The translations under genes were made by a program, and so were the position numbers. A stretch of 64,000 bases of DNA, taken from positions 63,612,001-63,676,000 of the forward strand of contig NW_027266286.1 in the NCBI RefSeq assembly GCF_022045235.1. Reading direction: 5' to 3'. This document shows positions 28,455-38,480 of this stretch, one piece after another (positions within the stretch are counted from its first letter, which is position 1; each line of letters opens with the position of its first letter). Origin of the DNA: Haliotis cracherodii (lineage: Eukaryota). The notes under the pieces were generated by a model. It searched no databases and had not been told where the DNA came from. It worked only from the letters and a program-made list of their open reading frames with translations.

Positions 28455-28690
28455 TGTTTGTTTGTTGGTTAACGCCGCATTCCAGCTATATGACAAAGGT
28501 AAATAATTACGTTTTTACCAGGCAATCCAGTGATTGATATCATGAGCTCCGATCTATGTCATTCGGATACGATGACATGCATCAACCAAGTCAGCGAACC
28601 TGACTAACCGATCCCGTTGGTTGCCTCTTACAACAGGTATAGTCGCTCCTTTCGACAAGCATGGGTCGCTGAAGACCTACAATAATTCTA
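28455..28690 (-). mobile_element. Family B retroposon, degenerate
   Basis: ACGATGACATGCATCAACCAAGTCAGCGAACCTGAC...GCATGGGTCGCTGAAGACCTA. Confidence 0.8.
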
Positions 28691-30860
28691 TACTCACTCT
28701 CTCACACAGGTTGTGTTACTGTTAAATCGAGTTTCATGACTTTTTATCGTTGTGTAGCTGTTATCGAGTTATGCGAATAACCTCTCTTTCAGTCGTTCAA
28801 AATGTACAGACAAAAGATATTGAGTATTTTGTGGACAATTAACAGTTTCTCAACTACTCCTTATTTTGTCAAAATTTAAACTCTAAAACATATAGGGTTA
28901 ATTCTCATCAACGTTGTCAAGCATCTTTTCAATCTTGTTTGCTTAATGTTCTTTCTCTGTACTTTATTCGAGAACGACTGACCTGCACAACTCTGTAATC
29001 AGGTCACTGTGTACACTCTACACTGTATAGGGTTAATATCATTAAGAGAGGTCAACCATCTATCAAAAAAATGCCGACACTACATTCAGTGAACGCTATG
29101 TCCCCTGCTCCGGGTGACAAGATAGCCCACCATGCACAGGTATTTACATTTACCTGTTGGCCCTGCTGACGTCACGACAGGTAAATACGCGGAGATAATC
29201 ACTTTAACTAACCTGTAACATTTGGAAGGTTTGAAAATAGGGCGTCTGACGCATGCTCAACAGCACAGGTATTTGCAGAGAAGATTTTTTGAGGATCGTT
29301 CCCTTGAAAGGATAATATTACTTACACTTTGAAACAGTTAACGAAATGACGCGTGGTTCAAGTCAGCAGTTTATACCAATGTGCCTTAAATGGTATATAT
29401 CTGAAGATGAGTTGTCTGTCTTGGTGTGACTGGAATTTCTGCAAGTTTGCGATTATAAATTACCATTTACCAAACACACAGTGACGAACAGCAAGATAAC
29501 AGAGGGAAAAGAAAGGGAACGAAAGGTGAAATAGATAAAATATGTTGAAAATGACGTTAAAACGGAGGCTAGAGCTATGTCTCCAGTAGTTCAAAATGCA
29601 TGTACAAGTCAGACCTCGGACGCTCGACCAGAGTGAAACTATATCAAAATAAGCTAGTTCTACTTCGATATACTAAATGTCAGCCTACCCATTTTCGAGA
29701 TACTTTTGTTACAGGCTTTTTGTTTCGAAAAATATCAGTTTGGGATATCCTTCATATAATTTACTTATTTGCAATGCAATACCTAATGCCGAAGTTCGAC
29801 ATTCCCCAACTGAGATGTCTTTCGACTCATCCAAGTATGATATGCCCTTGTTCGACATAAGCCAGTGTGAGTTAGATATTTCCAAGTATGAGAACGCCAT
29901 TGCCAAACACTCCAGTACGAGATCCCAAAGTTTGAGAAGTACTTAATCCATTTTGAAATGTCTTCGCTTGCCGTATCTAACTCAAGGATCTCATTATATA
30001 TGATATTTGAATTCTCAATATCTTAAAATCCCAACTTCGTGTGGTACATAATATTCCAAATGGAGCCCAGAACAATGCAAAATTTCAGGCTTGGAGCTGA
30101 GGCAATCTAGACTTGCCAAATCATTCTAGATTTGAGGCAGGTTCATTTCTAAATCTACTCTCTTGGATATGGGGGACAGACTACAAGTCTCCATATGAAT
30201 ATTGTTGATTTCACTGAAAAAAGTCCAGTAATTGAAACACTTATGCAATCACCGTACCAGTACGTGACACTCCGCCTGCGAATCCCTAACACATATTATA
30301 CTTTAACATAAAACCAAGATTTGATTAAATAATGTCAAAAATGCATAGAAACTAACCTCGGTGCACTTATATTCTAATCCACAATTACTGCATACAAACG
30401 CACCCAACCATGAAGTGAATACGTCCACAATAAAACGCCGACGTCAAATTATACCCTTCACGAACATGTGTGGGTTCTTGTGTATAGGAGTTCATTCACC
30501 CCTGGCAAGATGATAGGTCGAGTAACATACATATATGTATACAGGGATGAATACCAAAGTGTGATCCCAATCACTGACCCGTGAAATAACGTGTTGACAA
30601 AAGTATGTTCCGAGACCCTATATCGACTGCAGTCACTTTTCACACCTAACGCCTCTATTACCTCGTGTAATTTAATGCGTCAGTGTGTCACCTTGGCCTG
30701 TCCTTACACATAACGACAAGAAACCCCAAGCTCAATAGAACATACATATGTATAGTTTTCAGGTCTGTTATTTTAGGTCGTATTGCCTGTGTCAAATTTG
30801 AATTATTTCAGAGTTAACATTTGGTATGTAATTTAATACTGGATCTGTGCAGAAGAATAG

Positions 30861-31112
30861 TGCGGAAGCCTTTTAATACGGTAGACGTTTAGGGCCATTT
30901 GTTTTTTGTATTTTTTTCTCGAAATATCAAGATACTTACATGAAATTTGAAGATGGTACTTTGAAATTTCAAAATGCTATTTTGAAATTTCAAGATGCAT
31001 AATTTGAAATTTCAAGACAATAAGTTATATTTCAACTTATTATCTTGAAATTTCAACTTAGTATGTTGAAATTTCAAGAAAACAAACAAACAAAAACAAA
31101 TGTCACTCCGTA
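30861..31112. mobile_element. Non-autonomous DNA element with an internal array of TTGAAATTTCAA palindromes and a 6-bp TSD
   Basis: Ends TGCGGA / TCCGTA, subterminal CATTTGTTTTT / AAAAACAAATG, GAATAG at 30855-30860 and 31113-31118. Confidence 0.6.
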
Positions 31113-32649
31113 GAATAGTGTTAATGATGGGAGGATTTATTCTATGACACAGCAAAGTATGCTGTGTGATTCATTCTGAAAACGTTTCATTGTGCATGAG
31201 GCCGATGTGGCGTATACTTTATACCACAGGTGGGCATATTTACGTATACCCGCGCTGTGTATGTACATGGACCTATGATTCACATAGTTTACGGTCCGTT
31301 TACTCTTGACAACCATTTAACGTTGTGAATCATAAATCATCCAGTGTCCTTTCTAACATAATGACGTACACCTACAAAATTGGTTGTAAACATGTAGATA
31401 CAATATGTTAGATTTCTCTTGATATTGGAGTGTAGTACTAGACAGCCCTTGTTACAGAGAACACCTCCCTCCAATATCCTAAAAGCTATTAATCAATGCA
31501 TTTCAACTTTGCAGAAAATCATATATGTATAAAACTACACTATAATAATTACTTCATAAGACATTCACAGTTGTCTTTATCGTAATATGAAATTGACTGT
31601 CATAAGTGATATACAAATATACTTAGATGAAAGAATATGTTTCTATACAAACAAAAATTGTTTACATACATATTCAGTACATTGGAATGATCTTGAGCTG
31701 AAATGTTTTGATAACTCCAGACATTCAATCCATCGAATTTACGAAAAAACGCAAATGAGTGCACATTAGATTCTCGATTTTCCAATTTTCGGATGCACGG
31801 GGGTCACGGGGAATAGCTACGTAAATCTTCATAATACATATTGTGTAGAGTTAATATTGCTACAATCACATTTGACGTGGCAAAAGACACATTGATATCA
31901 ACTATTATATAGTTCTGCGCTACAATAATTAACGGTTTATACATGACATTCACGATATCGTAATCAGCTGAAGAACCTGTACTTGTAGATATGTCTGAAA
32001 TGATTCTATTGTCCAAATGAGTGTCCCAGAAAGACATATGTCGATGACGTCATCGACACAAACCGTGAGGAATGTGGTTCGAAATCCATGTGTTCTCTAT
32101 CCTCCATGTGTCCCGCCCCTCCACCTATCCCCATCCCCACCCCCAACCCTCTATCCCCTCACCCCACCCCCTACCCCACCTCTCCCTCCCCCTGGTCCTG
32201 TGACAGACTGCGTGAGTCACGATGCACCATTGATTCCATTGTCCTCTGTGATGAACCAGTTGATGGCCTACGGCAGACGCGGTTAAGGTTACGATAACCT
32301 AGTCTTTATAACTGAAGAGTGTAGTTTGAGCTGTTCAACCTGTGTTGACATGTTGCCCTAGCTTATTCTCTGTTGTAAAACCTTATTGCGTTCACGGTCG
32401 TTATTTCTTATTGTTTTGACATTCTTGCATCTACTATTGGTTTCTGGAATTTGTCAAGCAAGTATGTTGGAAGGGAGTGAATGAGCTTGGATTTATTACT
32501 ATTTTGCATCCTTACTATGTGATAGTGATTCATAAACACATGCTCATATAGCATATAGTCGGAATACAATCGACTCGAGAGATTTCTGTTGGATATGGAA
32601 AGGGTTTTGTCGCTTTTTAAGCGTCTTTTGGCTTTGTTCCAGGTATGGA

Positions 32650-32748
32650 GATCACAGAATGGGCTTAACACACTGTGCACCTTGTGGGGAATTGAACCCG
32701 GGATTTCGGCGTAAGAAGTCAACGACATTAAGACATGACCTCCCCTCA
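32650..32748 (-). mobile_element. SINE family A head, degenerate
   Basis: CAGAATGGGCTTAACACACTGTGCACC...GGGAATTGAACCCGGGATTTCGGCG. Confidence 0.6.
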
Positions 32749-33149
32749 AATTGCTGGAGTGACATTTGCACAGTGTTTTAGGTAATGCTTAAAAAATAGC
32801 ATGTCACCACTCCGGGGTCTTCCCTGTTGGCTCAAAACTGAAATTCGGGAGGGTTAAGGGGATTAGGGCTGGGGGATTATACATGTTGTCTGTTTCCTTA
32901 GAAGCTGAAGTTGAAGTTGAATTTTGAGTGAACACTAATCACCCAGAACAGTTTTGATTTTTAATCAAGTTGTGTTGTTGTTCCCGACTTTTCCTGTATG
33001 TTCCCGTGTGTCCTGAGAGTGCCACGAGTTTCAGTTAATGTATCTGAAATCTATTATCAATTTTGTACATTAAAAAAATATATAAATTATATAAACATAC
33101 CGTTTTATTGTTTTTCATCTGAACTATGTCTGGTGTTTTCATTGGGCAG

Positions 33150-33435
33150 GGGGGACACGGGTGGCCCAGTCGTTTAAGGCGCCGCGATTCGCTGTTCAGA
33201 GTTGCGTCCCTTGGGCATGCCAGAAACCTATGATTGTGGGTTCGAATCCAGGTTGGCCCTGATTATGTTTCTAGGTTTGTCAGCACCATACCCGTGCTCG
33301 TGGGTTTCACCGTACTGGTAAACGTCTGACACCTGCATCACTTCGGGCTTTCCTCCCACATTAAGTTCACACGCTCTGATATAACTTGAATACTGTTAAA
33401 AGCGGCGTTAAACCCAACTCACTCATTCACTCACT
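33150..33435 (+). mobile_element. SINE family C, full length
   Basis: A box TGGCCCAGTCG (33162), B box GGTTCGAATCC (33239), V-like body, tail and (ACTC)n. Confidence 0.9.
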
Positions 33436-33581
33436 TAAGCAGGAGATGAAACAGACTATACTATAATCCCCCATTGTTCAGCCAATTAATACCTGTGTTA
33501 CAACTGACTGCATCTGAGCTCAAATTGGAGATTTTGAGCTAACTGGGAACTAATCCACCAATCCAATGCTGGACGGGAAGT

Positions 33582-33840
33582 GGGTGAGTGAGGGAATGAT
33601 TTGAGTTTAGCGCCATTTTGAACAGTATTCCACCTAAATATCACACCGCCTCAGCTTTATGTAGGAGGAAAGCACGTAGTGATGCAGGTCTCAGACGTTT
33701 ACCATGGTGCTGACAAACCTGGAAACATAATCGAGGCGAAGCAGGATTCGAACTGCACAATCACAGATTTCTGACGTGTCCAGGGGACGCAACTCTGCAC
33801 AGCGAACAGCGGCGCCTACAACTTGGCCATCCGTCACCCC
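33582..33840 (-). mobile_element. SINE family C, inverted relative to the 33150 copy
   Basis: Reverse complement matches family C with an internal deletion. Confidence 0.8.
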
Positions 33841-33964
33841 ATTTTGACATGAACCCCAACGAAATGATTGCCTTTATTCATTAAACGTCTTGTATTTTAA
33901 AATAATTGCATATGTAGTTGATATTTGAACATCGAACGTCATATGTGCATCACTGTGCCATGGA

Positions 33965-34173
33965 CCGCCTTCGTAGCCCGCAGAAGGTCCGGGGTTCGAT
34001 CCCCGGGCGCGTCATTTCAAAACTCGTTAAAAGATGCTGCTTGTATCTGCCTGGCGCTCAGCATTAAGGGTACTGGTGGGCTCGGAGTCAGTATACTGTG
34101 TCTGAGTGGGGTATTTATGTTGAACTGCGGAATGGTATCTCTGTAGGCTTTCGCCCGGACAAGTACAAGCTGT
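33965..34173 (+). mobile_element. SINE family D, second copy, truncated by gap
   Basis: GGGGTTCGATCCCC B box, then GTTAAAAGATGCTGCTTG...CCTGGCGCTCAGCATTAAGGG...GGGCTCGGAGTCAGTATA. Confidence 0.6.
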
Positions 34174-34413
34174 NNNNNNNNNNNNNNNNNNNNNNNNNNN
34201 NNNNNNNNNNNNNNNNNNNNNNNNNNNNNNNNNNNNNNNNNNNNNNNNNNNNNNNNNNNNNNNNNNNNNNNNNNNNNNNNNNNNNNNNNNNNNNNNNNNN
34301 NNNNNNNNNNNNNNNNNNNNNNNNNNNATCGACATTTTCATTAACCAAATGGAAGACAGGAGTCTGTAAGTCTATCATGGGACAGAGTAACAGCAATAGC
34401 TTTGAGTCCGTAA

Positions 34414-34680
34414 GGCCCGTGAAGATCCGGGGTAGAATAGCTCTTCAGCAAACCATGCTTGTCGTAAAAGGCGACTATGCTTGTCGTAAGAGGCGACTAA
34501 CGGGATCGGGTGGTCAGGCTCGCTGACTTGGTTGATGCATGTCATCGATCCCAATTGCGTGGACCGATGCTCATGATATCAATCACTGTATTGTCTCAAC
34601 CAGACTCGATTATTTACAGACTGCAGTCATATAGGTGGAATATTGCTGAGTGCGGCGTAAAACAACAAACCAACCAATCA
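34414..34680 (+). mobile_element. Family B retroposon, full length
   Basis: Matches the other copies from head to (CAAC)n tail. Confidence 0.9.
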
Positions 34681-34870
34681 AATGTAACTGTGAAAATACC
34701 AAGTTATTCCCTGATTGCGTATAAACTGACAATGGCTTGTTACTACATGTGTTTCTGGTCAGACATCACATGGTGTCTTTGAAATGCAGTAGAATATGGT
34801 CTTCTTTAACACGATAATGAGTTAAGAGGGTATAACTACATGGTCCCGAAAAATCCTTCTCGGCATTCGA

Positions 34871-35034
34871 GCAGTCGGGTAGCCTAGTGGTTAAAGCGTT
34901 CGCTCGTCACGCCGAAGACTCGGGTTCGATTCCCGACATGGGTACAATGTGTGAAGCCAATTTCTGGTGTCCCCCGCCGTGATATTGCTGGAATATTGCT
35001 AAAAGCGGCGTAAAACCATACTCACTCACTCACT
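34871..35034 (+). mobile_element. SINE family A (tRNA-derived, ~165 bp), full length; 5' part of a composite insertion
   Basis: A box TAGCCTAGTGG, B box GGTTCGATTCC, tail GATATTGCTGGAATATTGCTAAAAGCGGCGTAAAACC plus (ACTC)n. Confidence 0.9.
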
Positions 35035-35906
35035 ATGACTATGACCTATCTACTTCTCAGCAATCTCTGGGATATTCTAGCCAAGGACAACTATTTCCGT
35101 TTCTGATGCTTCTTCATATCTTCAGTCCAAATGGCATTTCTAGGATTAAAATGTAATCTGCTCATTTTACACGGTTCAATGCATTGCACATTGTATTGTA
35201 TGTCATTTGCATGGTCATTGACATGTGACAGACTACACAATGTGGATTTGGAGCTAGTAAAACCAAACTCACTCACTCTCGGCATTCGAACTACGGATAT
35301 TTCGATAGATGATCGATGGCCACTAGGACTTCGAGATTATAACGAGGTTTCACTGAAATGTAATACAATCAAGATACCGACACGAACATCCGTTCGTGTA
35401 CTCCAATCAAGAGATGTAAAGGCATAGTATACTACATAAGTCGTCCGTTATCGTATGTGGTTATGCATCTAGCTAATGTGAAACACAATGCCTCAACTTA
35501 GGAGGCCAGTTATAATCCTCTTATTTGATCAAAAAGCGTGTGAATACAGAGTAATCTACTTTCCATGCGACATCTGCCCATTCGAAAAACCTCAGGATAA
35601 GATTTCAACAAAGCAGAGTAAACAAAGTCCATTTTTAGCACAATAACAGCTATCCTCGAATATCCTCATAAGGTCATATGGGAAGCACATTTACTTGGGG
35701 CTACGTTTTTGAGACCCGCTCTGGTGCTCAAGTCAGATTGTTTTTGAAACATCAGTTCGACCTGTAAATATTCGAATCTGGACCAGATAATCCTGTGAGT
35801 TATATTATGATAAACGACTTCCTACTATTCAGCCACGTCACTGAGTCTGACCACCCGATCCATCAGGTGACCACCAAGTGTTTCGGGACTTTTTCGTCGC
35901 TGAAAT

Positions 35907-36155
35907 GTCCCGTGAAGATCCGAGTTAGAATATGTCTTCAGCATCCCATGCTTGCCGTAAGCGGCGACTATGTTAACTGGCGACCAATTAATGGGATCGG
36001 GTGGTCAGGCTCACTGACTTGGTTGGGTATATCATCGTATCCCAATTGCGTAGATCGAAGCTCATGATGTCAATCACTGGATTGTCTGGTCTAGACAGAA
36101 TGCAGTCATATAGCTGGAATATTGCTGAGTGCGGCGTTTAACAACAAACAAACAT
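35907..36155 (+). mobile_element. Family B retroposon, full length (preceded by an inverted family B fragment at about 35765-35860)
   Basis: GTCCCGTGAAGATCCGAGTTAGAATATGTCTTCAGC...GCGGCGTTTAACAACAAAC. Confidence 0.85.
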
Positions 36156-36554
36156 AACCGGAATCCCCAGGAGAGAGATAGATGGGGTCATCTCGGATTT
36201 CCCTCAAATGTAAACAAATGAAACGTTTTGAATAGCAATAGTTAGCTTTGGACTGATGCGAAGGGGTTGCTGGTAGCCAAGTGCTCCCGGCGTTCTTCTG
36301 TCAGGTAGAAAATTCGGCTTCGATTCCGTATATGGGTTTCATTGAAACATGCAAAGGATTTGGCCCATGGAGTTGAAACGTCGACGATCCTCTCCAACAT
36401 ACATGACTACAATGTGTGAAGACCGACTATGGTTCCTCCCATTCCAGATCTTTGGAGTCCAAGTACAGCGAAATAAATGCAACGAACAATATTTCCATAA
36501 TCATAAGAAATCTCTACTAAAGGCAGAGTCGATTGTACGATACTAATAATCTCA

Positions 36555-36680
36555 TAAGCGTGTATTTATGAATCACTATCAAATAGTGATAATACCAAGT
36601 TTTTTGCGAAATACTGAGGGTATCCTGCCCTACGATGGCACCGGTCACAGACGCATGCAAAGGCAAGTCAACGTTAAAGG
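36555..36680 (-). mobile_element. Short interspersed repeat family E (possibly a Penelope-like element terminus); other copies at about 23320-23380, 25095-25215, 39380-39462 and 42225-42260
   Basis: Recurrent + strand motif ATGAATCACTATCAAATAGT...ACCAGGTGTTCGCGAAAAGGTGAGCGTATCCTGCC...GTGGCACC. The PLE assignment rests on recalled similarity only. Confidence 0.5.
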
Positions 36681-37834
36681 TACTCAAGGGTTGTCCGTGT
36701 ATGTAAAAGATGTTTAAGAACACCCGATTCTTCCATATGCGCTACAGTTAGACTGCCATGCCGATGACAGATTAACTATAGTACTATGAAAGAATCAGTG
36801 TTCTTTAACTTCTTTTGAGTAGTATATGTAAATGTTCCTAACTGCCGACTGTGGTTCATTAAAAGGCATTTACTGTCAGCAACATCTACACATCATGTGT
36901 ACATCTGGATCTGAACCTGATAAACGTAAAGACTTTCATTCAACTCCAGTATGAGATATCCAACAAATGTGTCCATGAACTCCCCCCAAAACATATCGAT
37001 CGAACGCATCCCCTTTTTGAGAAAACGCGCGAACTCGCGTTAGAAGGCGTTAGCGTCTAATTACGTGGTGTGTTTGGAGTAAAAACACCTCAGATTTTCT
37101 GTATGTGCCTCACTCACAATTCCTGTGTCCACGACCGAAGCACGTTCCAGTGGCGCTATGACTCAAGCTTGTTTGGATAAGCAGTGTCGTCTTATCCAAT
37201 CCCAAGACCATTAAGGTGCATATTTACTATGTGTCGCATCATTACATTGGAAAATGTTATTTTTTCTCATAAAAGTATGCGTTAATTGAATCAAAATGCA
37301 CGCAAACTTTGATCGAACGTTTGTATTTTTTCAAATTAATGAATGTGCAAACAAATACTGCACAGTGTGGCTCACGGAGAAGTAACCTTTTACACTGACG
37401 GTTTTTTATATTTATTTAACACGTGTGAGGAGGACTTACGTAATTCCGGTGTATTCTGGATGATTCTGGCGACGAACACGTGTTACCCTGGTATATTCAT
37501 TCATGTGGGTGTACATGTCCACGTTTAGTACATCGTGAATAGTGAGCTTGTACATGCAGCGAAACCCCTCTTGACCGAAAACTCCTCCCTTCCGACGATA
37601 ACCATAGAGAACGTCTACATATCTACCTATTCATAAGCAGTAAATCCTGAAACGTAGAAATTCGGACGTTTCACCTATATACTACTACTTCTTATAATAC
37701 TAATAATAATCATAACAATGATTATAATTATAGTAATAATGATAACACCCTCACACGAAGAATCTTGTCAGACAATAGATACCACCACCTCGCTCTTCCC
37801 TCAATCCGTAACTGATGTTCAGTGTGTAGGTGAC

Positions 37835-38480
37835 CCTGCCGAGTTCTTCGCTTGGAGGAAGTCAATTGACCTTAAAAGTGAAACAGAAGGCTTTCTGTTT
37901 GCTGCTCATGAGGACCAGTCACTTCCCACTCGAAACCGTCAAAATGTGAATATCAAATGTAGAATATGCAATGAATTTAATGCGACTGTCCAACACATTG
38001 TCAGTGGATGCCCAGCTTTGGTACAAACACAGTATCATAAGCGACATGATGGAGTGGCTCGATCCTTTTATTACCGTCTTCGCCATTCTTGTTGTATTGA
38101 CACAGAGGTCCATCCGTGGTACGACACCAGAATATGTTGAGGACACCACGGAATATGATAATAGGCCTGTTTACAGCCTCGAACATATCCAGGCCAACAA
38201 ACCTGATCTTGTCCTTTTTTTAAATCCAATGAAATCAATTATATTATTGAATTTTCTGTCCCTTTCTACACTAATGTGATCGACAAGATTCAGGAAAAAC
38301 ATGGCAAATACGAGGACCATTGTTCTCGGTGCCTTAGGTTTGGTACCTCCAAATCTGTTGACTGACATTGGGAGAGTACCCGGGTTTGCTGCCAGGAAGA
38401 CAGCCCTTCTGACAATCTGGGTAATGTAGAAGGCTGCAATGTTGGGGAGTCTTCACATTCTCCGAAAGGCTCTGCTTAGG
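37835..38480 (+). pseudogene. Decayed 3' part of a restriction-like-endonuclease non-LTR retrotransposon (R4/Dong-like)
   Basis: Translates across frameshifts to LKSETEGFLFAA..DQSL, CCHC knuckle CRICNEFNATVQHIVSGC, RHD motif (KRHDGVA), ANKPDLV endonuclease core, IVLGALGLVP and KAAMLGSLHILRKAL. Confidence 0.85.

Larger units (their letters stand above)
17017..34327. other. Assembly gaps (N runs) at 17017-17144, 21788-21930, 23945-24158 and 34174-34327
   Basis: Runs of n; most abut repeats. Confidence 1.

Noticed and set aside
21623-34526. ORFs spanning N runs
   Set aside because: Their length comes from assembly gaps.
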